Below, in pieces: positions 1 to 9,721 of a DNA stretch of 64,000 nt. Where the stretch lies: NCBI GenBank assembly GCA_963727825.1, contig CAVSHO010000011.1:395282-459281 (forward strand). Direction: 5' to 3'. The notes under the pieces were generated by a model, which saw only the letters and a program-made list of their open reading frames with translations, was not told the DNA's origin and did no database searches. The number at the start of each line of letters is the position of its first letter. Positions within the stretch are counted from its first letter, which is position 1. A program made the position numbers and the translations under genes. Source of the stretch: Ignavibacteriota bacterium (GTDB lineage: Bacteria; Bacteroidota; Ignavibacteria; UBA10030).

Positions 1-1601
1 TACCTCTTAAGCGTATCTTTTTCTTGCCCGACATTAATCGAACAGGCAACTCCACTAACTGGAATTACAGTAATATTAACGACAATTGAGTCCACATCTA
101 TACTATCGGCAGCTATAAACTCAAACGGCTGTGTCCCGGAAATACTTGTCCCTGAACTACCTTTACAGTGCAGTTTTCCATACCGTGCATCGGCATCCAT
201 TGAAGCAACAAATATTTGACCTGAGGGATATGGAAAAACTCCTTGCTCCGTTTGTGCCATCACACTGATGGTTGTTTTGTTACCTGGAGATATCTCTGAT
301 TTCGATAAAGATACAACTAGACAGGCGGGCTCTACGTCAATATTACACCAACCGTTCCGTTCAGGAAATTCTGTTCGACACACGATTATCTGTGCGTTAT
401 TTTCATCGACAAGGTCCATTATATCAAGCTTGCTATAGTATTTTACACTACCGCTCTTTGCCTGATTATAGGTAACAGTTACCTGAGTCGGTATTGTATC
501 TGAACCGACAATAAAACTTCCCGTGTTGGATCCATCGGAAAATGTTATGCTCTTTTCCCCATCCAATGCTACTTCGTTATCATTGATATCTTTGGCAATA
601 GCACGAACGTTCACAGACTGTCCGGCGTATATCGTGTCTAAGTCCGGTGTTACGGTAAAATGATTAGGAAGAGCTTTTATTAGCTGTATCGTTTTTACTG
701 CCGAAACGCCGTATGCCTCTGCCCGTATGGATACATTTTCTATCATTTCCGAAGGACCACTCCCATCCCATTCGAAGAAAATACTGGTGGGACCTTCAAG
801 GGGAACCACAATAGAAACGTCTCCAATAATACTGGATCCATCGGTGTTCCACCCTCTGAGTCTCATACCGCTTGATGGATTTTCAATCGTGAATGTCATC
901 CTCATAGGAGATGTATATTGCTGATCAATTATAAACGGGTTTCCAGAACCGTTATACAAGAATGCGGTAATGTACGATTGATAGATTTCGTCGTAATCGA
1001 AAGATTCTAAAGATGGTGGAGATGCGATCAAACTACAACTATCGAGTTCATACGCTGACAAGGGTATGACATTGACAGTTGCCGATGCGACAGTTGCTGT
1101 TCCTGCAGTCCATGTATAATTGACTTGATTATCGGACACTAATCCTACCGACAATGGTGCACTACCACAACCATTAAATAAGTCAACATTAACTAGATAG
1201 CCCCCTTGAACTTCAAAGTTTGCCACTGAGTCGTATATAGAAGTCTTCCAAATCGAATAGAGATTGTGCTCTCACCAGTCATTATTCCAGCCTTCCCCCG
1301 ATATCGACATCACAGCGTAACTTAATCCACCACCAGCCCATTGATAGTTGATGTTGCCAAAAGCATTGATTTGGCATGGACGAGTGGTCCTTATACGAGA
1401 CCATATGGTATCTATGTACAGCAGTGGTATTGTAGAATTTGTCATTGAGTTTAAATTCATTTGTTTCAAAATTTTTGTTCTTGGCGAAATCGAAATCTTT
1501 TCATGTATTTTTATCTGTGCGATAAGCACAGCAATAGAAAGCAGGGAAAGAATTGCAAGAATCGAAAGTCTGCGTAGAATTAAAAAGGTAGTTACTTTCA
1601 T
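1..1601 (-). CDS. Secreted beta-rich hypothetical protein interrupted by one in-frame TGA (1272-1274); runs off the left window edge
   Basis: ORF 1601->1272 has a signal-peptide-like N-terminus. Manual translation after TGG-TGA continues in the same frame (EHNLYSIWKTS...NVGQEKDTLKR) without a stop to position 1. Confidence 0.7.
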
Positions 1602-1814
1602 ATCGCCTCTCAGTTAAGTGAAAGCTTGTGGTGCTTATAGTGTAGCTTAATGAAAAACAATAAATCAGAAGTGTGTTTGTATTATACTAAAGTGTTTTAA
1701 TGCTGTCAACAATATTTTACCGGAAATCAACACATTTTTTGCTACAAGCAACTTGTTAAAATACGACAAGGTTCTCGGGAACTTTTTCAGAAATATGCAT
1801 CTGCAATTTATCCG

Positions 1815-2090
1815 GTTGCCAACTCCCGACTAATGCCTCCTGTCATATGTTGACGCGTTTTGGGAGAACATTTATCCGCCGTCTGTGTGGCGGGCTTCTC
1901 AGCCGTGTGTGCTTTTTGCCTGCTCGTAGCAGGCGGGAACTCTGCAACTTTAATTACCATCATTGATTGATACGATGTTGTTCGTGGTACAACTCACTCA
2001 CAACTGAAAAATGAGCCTTTAGCTGGGAGGGAGTTGCACTCCCGACCAATAACCTCCCCCCATATGTTGACGCGTTTCGGGAGAATATCT
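1815..2090. repeat. Two imperfect copies of a ~55-bp REP-like element plus small GC palindromes
   Basis: ctcccgactaatgcctcctgtcatatgttgacgcgttttgggagaac (~1823-1869) vs ctcccgaccaataacctcccccatatgttgacgcgtttcgggagaat (~2039-2086); each has CTCCC...GGGAG inverted ends. Confidence 0.7.
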
Positions 2091-2114
2091 CCCTTACAAC
2101 AAAGACAACCAGTT

Positions 2115-2138
2115 GGACACACAATTGTGTGTCCCTAC
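2115..2138 (-). repeat. GTAG-type REP palindrome
   Basis: Perfect 20-bp palindrome GGACACACAATTGTGTGTCC (2115-2134) followed by CTAC, i.e. GTAG on the minus strand. Confidence 0.65.
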
Positions 2139-2148
2139 GAATTCATCT

Positions 2149-2177
2149 TTGACTTTGCGCGTATATTTGGATAGATT
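2149..2177 (+). promoter_or_regulatory. Sigma70-type promoter of the HIT-icd operon
   Basis: TTGACT-N17-TAGATT ending 22 bp before the ATG at 2200. Confidence 0.55.
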
Positions 2178-2199
2178 TTCTACAAGAGAAAAAAAATCT

Positions 2200-2625
2200 A
2201 TGACTGAATGTATTTTCTGCAAAATTGTTTCCAAAGAAATTCCATCGGAAGTCCTGTATGAGAACGAAGATGTTATTGCTGTTCTCGACATCAATCCAAT
2301 TCATTTTGGACATGCCCTAATTATACCGAAACAGCATTGCGACGATTTTCTAGACCTGCCGGATGGAGCGTATCATTCAATACTTCAAGCAGCTAAAATT
2401 GTCACAAAGGCATTGGTTCAGAGTCTAAAGCTTGAAGGATATAATCTTTTTTCCAATAACGGAAGAATTGCAGGACAATCCGTGTTTCACTTTCACCTCC
2501 ATATCACACCGCGATATCGTGATGACAATATTAGATTCCTTCTCAATCTTAAAAAATATTCCGATGGCGAAATGAAAAGGTACGGTACGATGATTCGAAA
2601 ATTTATCAAACCAACAACATTATAG
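2200..2625 (+). CDS. HIT family nucleotide hydrolase (HinT-like)
   Basis: N-terminal CIFC and histidine triad HFHLHI; ATG 2200 preferred over TTG 2113. Confidence 0.92.
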   Translation: MTECIFCKIVSKEIPSEVLYENEDVIAVLDINPIHFGHALIIPKQHCDDFLDLPDGAYHSILQAAKIVTKALVQSLKLEGYNLFSNNGRIAGQSVFHFHLHITPRYRDDNIRFLLNLKKYSDGEMKRYGTMIRKFIKPTTL

Positions 2626-2641
2626 AAGATTACGAAAATAG

Positions 2642-3889
2642 ATGGCACAATACATTAAGCTAACACCGCCAGCCGCAGGACAACCAATACGATTTGTTAA
2701 TGGCAAACTCGACGTTCCGGATTTACCCATCATCCCATTTATTGAAGGCGACGGTACAGGACCGGATATCTGGCACGCATCACAACGTGTATTCGATGCT
2801 GCCGTTGCGAAAGCATACAGCGGGAAGAAAAAGATAATTTGGTTTGAAGTATTCGCCGGCGAAAAAGCGAACGAAGTATATGGCCCAAACACCTGGCTCC
2901 ATGATGATACACTCGTCGCCATCAAAGAGTACATTGTTGCAATCAAGGGACCCCTGACAACGCCAATCGGCGGCGGCATTCGTTCTATCAATGTCTCATT
3001 GCGGCAAATGCTGGATCTATACGTATGTTTGCGGCCTGTTCAATATTTTGCCGGAGTGCCATCGCCGGTGAAACATCCGGAATTAATCGATATGGTCATC
3101 TTCCGCGAAAACACAGAAGATATTTACGCAGGCATCGAATGGAAAGCCGGAACACCGGAGGCGAAAAAAATCGTGGCATGGCTGCAAAAAGAAATGGGTG
3201 TGAAGAAGATTCGATTTCCCGAAACTTCCAGCATCGGTATTAAACCGGTCTCCGAGGAAGGAACTAAACGGTTAGTTCGCGCAGCGATTCAATATGCCAT
3301 CACTCATAAGCGTAAATCTGTGACGTTAGTGCACAAGGGCAATATTATGAAATTCACAGAAGGCAGCTTCCGGGATTGGGGCTATGAACTTGCGCAAAAA
3401 GAATTTGGCGGTACGCTCATCGATGGCGGTCCATGGGTAAAACTCCCGAACGGAATTATCATTAAGGATGTTATCGCGGATGCATTCCTTCAACAAATTC
3501 TCACGCGTCCCAATGAATACGATATCATCGCTACACTCAATCTTAATGGCGATTATATTTCTGACGCGCTTGCCGCGCAAGTCGGCGGCATAGGTATTGC
3601 ACCCGGCGGCAATATCAATTATGAAAACGGCTTTGCAGTCTTCGAAGCAACTCATGGAACTGCCCCAAAGTACGCTAACCAGGATAAAGTGAATCCCGGC
3701 TCTGTCATTCTCTCCGGCGAAATGATGCTGCGTTATATGGGTTGGAATGAAGCCGCCGATCTCATCATCAAGGGACTCAATAAAAGCATTCAGGCAAAAA
3801 CTGTCACGTACGACTTTGCCCGACTGATGGATGGAGCAAAGGAAGTGAAATGTTCAGAGTTTGGCGATGCTATAATTAGGAATATGTAA
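2642..3889 (+). CDS. icd: NADP-dependent isocitrate dehydrogenase
   Basis: [60 protein letters not shown] motifs. Confidence 0.98.
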   Translation: MAQYIKLTPPAAGQPIRFVNGKLDVPDLPIIPFIEGDGTGPDIWHASQRVFDAAVAKAYSGKKKIIWFEVFAGEKANEVYGPNTWLHDDTLVAIKEYIVAIKGPLTTPIGGGIRSINVSLRQMLDLYVCLRPVQYFAGVPSPVKHPELIDMVIFRENTEDIYAGIEWKAGTPEAKKIVAWLQKEMGVKKIRFPETSSIGIKPVSEEGTKRLVRAAIQYAITHKRKSVTLVHKGNIMKFTEGSFRDWGYELAQKEFGGTLIDGGPWVKLPNGIIIKDVIADAFLQQILTRPNEYDIIATLNLNGDYISDALAAQVGGIGIAPGGNINYENGFAVFEATHGTAPKYANQDKVNPGSVILSGEMMLRYMGWNEAADLIIKGLNKSIQAKTVTYDFARLMDGAKEVKCSEFGDAIIRNM

Positions 3890-3901
3890 GCGCAACGAAC
3901 C

Positions 3902-3938
3902 TTAACCTTGTCAAAGGTTGGAACTTTGACAAGGTTAA
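3902..3938. repeat. Palindrome (REP-like or terminator) after icd
   Basis: TTAACCTTGTCAAAG-gttggaa-CTTTGACAAGGTTAA: 15-bp perfect arms. Confidence 0.75.
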
Positions 3939-3949
3939 CAATTCATTCC

Positions 3950-4549
3950 ATGGAAAACATCAATCAGGTCAGCTATATCGTCACTTTGGGCTACGTAATA
4001 CTTTGCTGGATTGTTTTTGCCATCAGTTTTCTCTTCCGAGAAAAACCGGAAAAGATGCGGAACATCAAAAGTGGTGAAGCATCCAAGATGGGTATTAGCA
4101 TGGTAGGAATAGGATTTATAATGGTATTTAGTCTCCATCGAACAGCATGCACACCGATTCTTCCTTCGTGGGATATTATAATTACTTTCATCTCATTACT
4201 GACCGTAGTAATCAGCACGTACTCCGTTTGGCTGCTCCTTTCAGGGGTTCGATATCTTGGAAAACAATGGCAAATGAAAGCGGGGATCGTCGAACACCAT
4301 CAACTGATTACAAGCGGTCCGTATGCAATCGTTCGACATCCAATTTATACGGGAATGTTGGGAATGTTGATGGCAACAGGTCTGGCAATGACCGCTTTTC
4401 AGGTATTTATGTATGCAAGTATTATTGCTATTATTGGAACATTACTACTAATACAGAAAGAAGAGATTCTTCTCCGTGAGCAATTTGGAGAGAAGTTTGA
4501 AAAATATGCTGCCTCCGTTCCCACCCTTTTTCCCTTTATGAAATGGTGA
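3950..4549 (+). CDS. Isoprenylcysteine carboxyl methyltransferase (ICMT/PEMT) family membrane protein
   Basis: HQLITSGPYAIVRHPIYTG and EE-L--FG--FEKYAA-VP motifs; several TM segments. Confidence 0.88.
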   Translation: MENINQVSYIVTLGYVILCWIVFAISFLFREKPEKMRNIKSGEASKMGISMVGIGFIMVFSLHRTACTPILPSWDIIITFISLLTVVISTYSVWLLLSGVRYLGKQWQMKAGIVEHHQLITSGPYAIVRHPIYTGMLGMLMATGLAMTAFQVFMYASIIAIIGTLLLIQKEEILLREQFGEKFEKYAASVPTLFPFMKW

Positions 4550-4629
4550 ATTTGCATCTCAAGCCTGTTTCTTGAAAGACTGGGCATTTTTCAGTATTAT
4601 ATATACAAAATTCGTAACAGAGAATTGCC

Positions 4630-4920
4630 ATGACTCAAGCTCCAATACAAAATCCGACTCTGCAGGAAGAAAAGGATACCGATATACTGATTGAACAACC
4701 GGCGAAAGTAATTTTGTTCAACGATGAGATTCATTCGTTCGACGAAGTAATCGGACAGATTATCAAAGCCACTGGCTGCGATACAGCGAAAGCAGAAGCA
4801 TTAACGTGGGAAGTTCACAACAGCGGCAAAGCGATGGTGTTTGAGGGACAAATGGATAACTGCTTGAAAGTGTCTCATATATTAGAAGAGATCGCCCTTA
4901 ACACGCAGATTGAAATATGA
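4630..4920 (+). CDS. clpS: ATP-dependent Clp protease adaptor ClpS
   Basis: KVILFNDEIHSFDEVI...EVHNSGKA signature. Confidence 0.9.
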   Translation: MTQAPIQNPTLQEEKDTDILIEQPAKVILFNDEIHSFDEVIGQIIKATGCDTAKAEALTWEVHNSGKAMVFEGQMDNCLKVSHILEEIALNTQIEI

Positions 4921-4935
4921 AAGGGGGATATTGCC

Positions 4936-5136
4936 ATGCCGAATATGGTGAAAGAAACTCAAGTTCTTTATAATGCTCACGGTAAAAGGACACATGTGAT
5001 CTTGCCAATCAAGAGCTATGAAGAACTTCTTGCACGTATCGAAGATGCTGATGATATTAAAGCGATAAAAGCTGTGTTCCATGAAAAAACTATACCATGG
5101 AGTCAAGTAAAAAAACAATTACACAAGAATCGTTAA
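4936..5136 (+). CDS. Putative type II antitoxin (RelE/ParE partner)
   Basis: 66 aa; GKRTHVILPIKSYEELL-RIED-DD...IPWSQVKK pattern; abuts the toxin gene. Confidence 0.75.
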   Translation: MPNMVKETQVLYNAHGKRTHVILPIKSYEELLARIEDADDIKAIKAVFHEKTIPWSQVKKQLHKNR

Positions 5137-5391
5137 GTGTACTCCATCGTTTTCACATCTTCTGCGTCCAAGGATATTATTTCTCTTCCAATTATTGTTC
5201 AAAGAAGATGCGAAATCTTAATTGGTCGATTTACATACCACCCTAAACCAGATGGTTGTAAAAAATTAAAGGGGTTGGATAATACATGGAGAATCCGTAT
5301 TGGAAACTACAGAATTTTATACGGCATTGATGACATTTACAAGATACTAACGATTTACAGAATTCTTCACCGTAAAGAAGCATACAGATGA
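5137..5391 (+). CDS. relE: RelE/ParE family toxin
   Basis: [12 protein letters not shown]...CKKLKG...[12 protein letters not shown]...ILHRKEAYR; stop overlaps the alaS start (ATGA). Confidence 0.88.
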   Translation: MYSIVFTSSASKDIISLPIIVQRRCEILIGRFTYHPKPDGCKKLKGLDNTWRIRIGNYRILYGIDDIYKILTIYRILHRKEAYR

Positions 5392-8182
5392 CATCAGCTG
5401 AAATCCGAAACAGTTTCTTAAAATATTTTGAAGAACGCGGTCACACAATTATTCCAAGTTCACCTGTTGTTCCTTATGACGATCCAACACTTCTATTCGC
5501 AAATGCTGGAATGAATCAATTCAAGGATGTATTCCTTGGCACCGGCAGGCGAACGTACAAACGCGTGGTAAATACACAAAAGTGTATCCGTGTCAGCGGG
5601 AAACACAACGACCTTGAAGAAGTCGGACGCGATACATACCACCACACTTTTTTCGAAATGCTTGGCAACTGGTCGTTCGGCGACTATTATAAAAAGGAAG
5701 CTATCACGTGGGCGTGGGAATTGTTGACAAAAATCTGGGGACTGCCCAAGAATCGCCTCTGGGCAACAATTTATAAAGATGACGAGGAAGCTGAGCAATT
5801 TTGGAAAACTCTCACTGACATAGACCCGAGCCATATTTTACGATTTGGTGAAAAAGATAATTTTTGGGAAATGGGTGAAGCCGGGCCGTGCGGGCCGTGC
5901 TCTGAAATACACATTGACCGCACACAAAACGGAACTGCAACTGCAGAAATGGTGAATGCCGGAATACCGGAAGTGATGGAGATTTGGAATCTCGTCTTTA
6001 TCCAATACAATCGTGATGAAACCGGCAAAGCTTACTCCCCTGCCAGCAAAACACGTTGACACCGGAATGGGTTTCGAGCGCGTCTGCGCAGTACTACAAG
6101 GAAAGAATTCCAATTACGATACCGATGTTTTTACTCCGATCATCAATAAAATTAGTGAGATAACAAAACAGCAATATAGTGGCAATATTCAATCTGCAAT
6201 CGACAATCGTCCCGACAAAAAGAGTCGGGATGCACAAAACGCACAATCGGAAATCGATACATCTATGCGCGTCATTGCTGATCACGTGCGCACACTGACT
6301 TTCGCGATTGGCGATGGTGCTCTGCCGAGCAACGAAGGACGCGGATATGTTCTTCGCCGAATTTTACGCCGCGCTGCCCGTTTCGGGCGCAATCTTGACA
6401 TGCACGAGCCGTTCATTTATCAGCTTGTACCTACTCTTGTTGAGACAATGAGTTACATCTTCCCGGAAATCAAAACACAGCAAGAACACATTCAAAAAGT
6501 GATCAAAGGTGAAGAAGAAAGCTTTCAATTCAACATTGGATAATGGATTAAAAATCTTCGAAGAGCTTATTACAAAGCCTGAAACGCAGACTTCAAAAGC
6601 AATTTTCGGTGAAGACGCATTTCAAGCTCTATGACACATTTGGCTTCCCACTCGACCTCACGGAATTAATGGCAAGCGAGCATGGACTAAAAGTTGACGT
6701 GGAGACTTTTAATAAATTGATGGAAGAGCAAAAAGAGCGGTCTCGAACAGGTTCGGCAAATTTAAAAATTCCGATGCAAATATTAAGCGCGACTGGAACA
6801 TATATACCACCTGAGAAGACTTTATTCTTAGGATATTCTTGAAACAAAACTCAATTCTACAGTATTAGCTAATGGAGTACTTTCTAATGGTCTTCAGTGG
6901 ATTGCTCTCCGTAAAACCCCATTTTATTCGGAAAGTGGTGGACAGGTAGGGGATACTGGATTTAATCATTGCGGATGGAATCCAATATAAAGTGATTGAC
7001 ACAAGAAGAGAACAAGGCATTTACGCGCACATAACAAAAGGTAATCTTCTTGACATCAAAAATAAAATCGTTACAGCAGAAATTGATTTGGAACGCCGCC
7101 TTTCCATCCAACGCAATCACTCAGCTACGCATTTGCTTCACAATGCACTGCGTAGGATTCTTGGAACGCACGTGCATCAAGCCGGATCGCTCGTTGCACC
7201 GGATTATTTGCGATTCGACTTCGCGCACTTTGCCAAGTTAAGTGATCAGGAACTTGCCGACATTGAAGCGTTAGTAAACGAGAAGATCAAAAAAAATATT
7301 CCGCGCACTCCCGGATTAAATAATATTCCTTTCGAAGATGCTAAGAAGATGGGCGCATTAATGTTCTTCGGCGATAAATATGGAGAGCGCGTAAATGTGA
7401 TTCAGTTTGGAGATTTCAGTACAGAATTTTGCGGTGGCACGCACGTGAACAACACCGGCGAAATCGGCTATTTCAAAATTTGCGAAGAGAGCAGCGTTGC
7501 AAGCGGCACAAGGCGTATCGTTGCGGTAACGGGCTCGTATGCACTTGATTATCTAAACGAACAAGAGCATGATTTCAAATCTGTATATAATTCTGCATTT
7601 AACCGCATTGAGGAAATATTCAAACCACAAATTAAAGATCTTAAAGAGCTTCCGCCCATTCCGAATCAGGCTTCGCCAGAATTAGCCGGTTATTTTGCTC
7701 AGTTATACAAAAACAAAATAATTTTAAAAAACGTTATTGAACAAGACAACGAGGAAAAGAAGAAGCTGGAAAAAGAACGTGCGAAATCCCGACTGCAATC
7801 GTTTTCCGGTTCAATGGATGAATTGATTACATCTGCTGTTTCAATTGGGAACATCAAGATGGTCGCAGCAAAAGTCTCTGCTACTTCGATAGATGAATTA
7901 AAAAACCTTGGCGACTCGCTTCGTGCAAAACTTGGCAGCGGTGTTGGATTGTTAGCTGCCGTTATTGAAGATAAAGTCCAGTTTGTCTGCGTCGTTACAG
8001 ATGATCTCGTCGCTGCAAAAAAGATTGAAGCCGGGAAAGTTGTCGGTGCAATCGCTAAATTAGTTGGCGGCGGCGGCGGCGGACGTCCGCACATGGCAAC
8101 TGCCGGCGGCAAGGATGTATTAAAATTAGATGAAGCATTAGCACAAACAAAATCGGTTGTGGAATCTCTTTTACGAAAGTGA
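5388..8182 (+). CDS. alaS: Alanine--tRNA ligase, about 5 apparent +1 frameshifts (probably assembly errors)
   Basis: [73 protein letters not shown] spread over ORFs 5388-6059, 6013-6543, 6609-6842, 6992-8182. Extra bases in short runs near 6028, 6524, 6621, 6840, 6964. Confidence 0.96.
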
Positions 8183-8192
8183 ATAAAATCAG

Positions 8193-8936
8193 ATGACAAC
8201 CTTCGAACAACTCTTAAAAATCAAGCGTGATCGAGGCGCAGGATATTTGCTGCTCATTGATCCGGATAAAATTGAGTCAAAGAAGCTGCCCGCTTTCATC
8301 CGCGAAGCAGCCAAAGCAGGAACAGATGCTTTTCTTGTCGGCGGCAGTTTAATGCTCTCAAATGAATTCGACAAGACTCTGAAAACCATCAAAGAGAATA
8401 CGAAAGCACCGGTTATTATTTTCCCCGGCGGCGTGTCGCAGGTTTCAACTGAGGCTGATGCGATTCTGTTCCTCTTGCTCATCAGCGGACGCAACCCGGA
8501 TTATCTTATCGGCAATCAAGTAAATGCCGCTCCGATTATTAAACGGATGAATCTTGAAGCCATCTCGACCGGATATATGTTGATTGAAGGCGGAAATGTT
8601 ACTTCGGCAGAATTTATGAGCAATACGAAACCGATTCCGCGTGAGAAGCCGGACATCGCCGTTGCACACGCACTTGCGGCAGAACTTATCGGCTTGAAAT
8701 TGCTCTATTTAGAAGCAGGCAGCGGCGCTAAACAATCTGTGCCGGATGCAATGGTAAAGAAAGTAACGAAGTATTGTTCATTGCCGGTCATTGTCGGCGG
8801 TGGAATAAGAACACCGGAAGAAGCAAAAAATAAAGTAAAAGCCGGCGCTTCATTCATAGTAACGGGAACAATCATCGAAGAGAATTCACACAGTTCAATC
8901 ATTCAAGAGTTTGCAAGTGCAATCCACACATCATAA
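8193..8936 (+). CDS. Geranylgeranylglyceryl/heptaprenylglyceryl phosphate synthase (PcrB/GGGPS family, group II-like)
   Basis: LIDPDK, LVGGS, IIFPG, ISGRNPDYLIG, YLEAGSG, IVGGGIR, IVTGT motifs. Confidence 0.92.
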   Translation: MTTFEQLLKIKRDRGAGYLLLIDPDKIESKKLPAFIREAAKAGTDAFLVGGSLMLSNEFDKTLKTIKENTKAPVIIFPGGVSQVSTEADAILFLLLISGRNPDYLIGNQVNAAPIIKRMNLEAISTGYMLIEGGNVTSAEFMSNTKPIPREKPDIAVAHALAAELIGLKLLYLEAGSGAKQSVPDAMVKKVTKYCSLPVIVGGGIRTPEEAKNKVKAGASFIVTGTIIEENSHSSIIQEFASAIHTS

Positions 8937-8961
8937 GCAAAAAAACATGATCGGGCTTCCA

Positions 8962-9576
8962 ATGAAAACATCCGCAAATAAAAAAATTTCACGCGATAAA
9001 TTCATCAGCGATTCGCTTAAAGAAAGCAGCGAGACAAAGCTCCGCATTCTAAAGCAATGTTCGCCGGATATTTCAAAAGCAGTGGATATTATTATTAGCG
9101 CATTCAACAATAAGAAGAAAATTCTACTTTGCGGTAATGGCGGCAGCGCGGCAGATGCACAGCATCTTGCAACAGAATTTGTGATTCGCCTCAGCCCTCA
9201 CATCAAACGTCCGGGCCTGCCGGCAATCGCGCTCACCACCAATTCATCTATGCTGACTGCCGGCGCCAACGATCTCGGTTATGATAACGTTTTCACCCGG
9301 TCTATTGAAGCGCTGGGCAATAAAGGTGACGTGCTTATCGGAATTTCCACAAGCGGCAATTCTCCTAGTGTGAACAATGCATTCCAAAAAGCTCACGAGA
9401 TGAAATTAGTAACAATTGGCTTTCTCGGAAAAAGCGGCGGCAAATCGAAGAACCTCGTTGATCTTGCCATCATCGTTCCTTCAGACGATACGCAGCGTAT
9501 TCAAGAAGGGCATATCACGATCGGACATATTATTTTCCAAGAAGTCGAACAGGAAATGTTTGGTGAAGTTGGATAA
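8962..9576 (+). CDS. gmhA: Phosphoheptose (sedoheptulose-7-phosphate) isomerase
   Basis: CGNGGSAADAQH, ISTSGNS, QRIQEGH; start could also be ATG 8947. Confidence 0.95.
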   Translation: MKTSANKKISRDKFISDSLKESSETKLRILKQCSPDISKAVDIIISAFNNKKKILLCGNGGSAADAQHLATEFVIRLSPHIKRPGLPAIALTTNSSMLTAGANDLGYDNVFTRSIEALGNKGDVLIGISTSGNSPSVNNAFQKAHEMKLVTIGFLGKSGGKSKNLVDLAIIVPSDDTQRIQEGHITIGHIIFQEVEQEMFGEVG

Positions 9577-9620
9577 AATTTTCTGATAAATGATTAGAAT
9601 CCATCTCAAAAATAGAACCC

Positions 9621-9686
9621 GTCACATTGAGCCTGTCGAAATGTAATTATCTGGTATATATCAGGCTTCGACTGGCTCAGCCTGAC
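9621..9686. repeat. REP-like inverted pair
   Basis: GTCACATTGAGCCTGTCGAA ... TTCGACTGGCTCAGCCTGAC inverted arms. Confidence 0.7.
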
Positions 9687-9721
9687 AGAAATAAATAAGT
9701 TCTACTAATAACAGACAACTA

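Noticed and set aside
5388-8182. alaS as a pseudogene or programmed-frameshift gene
   Set aside because: About five single-base insertions in short runs of an essential gene with otherwise intact motifs fit sequencing or assembly error better.
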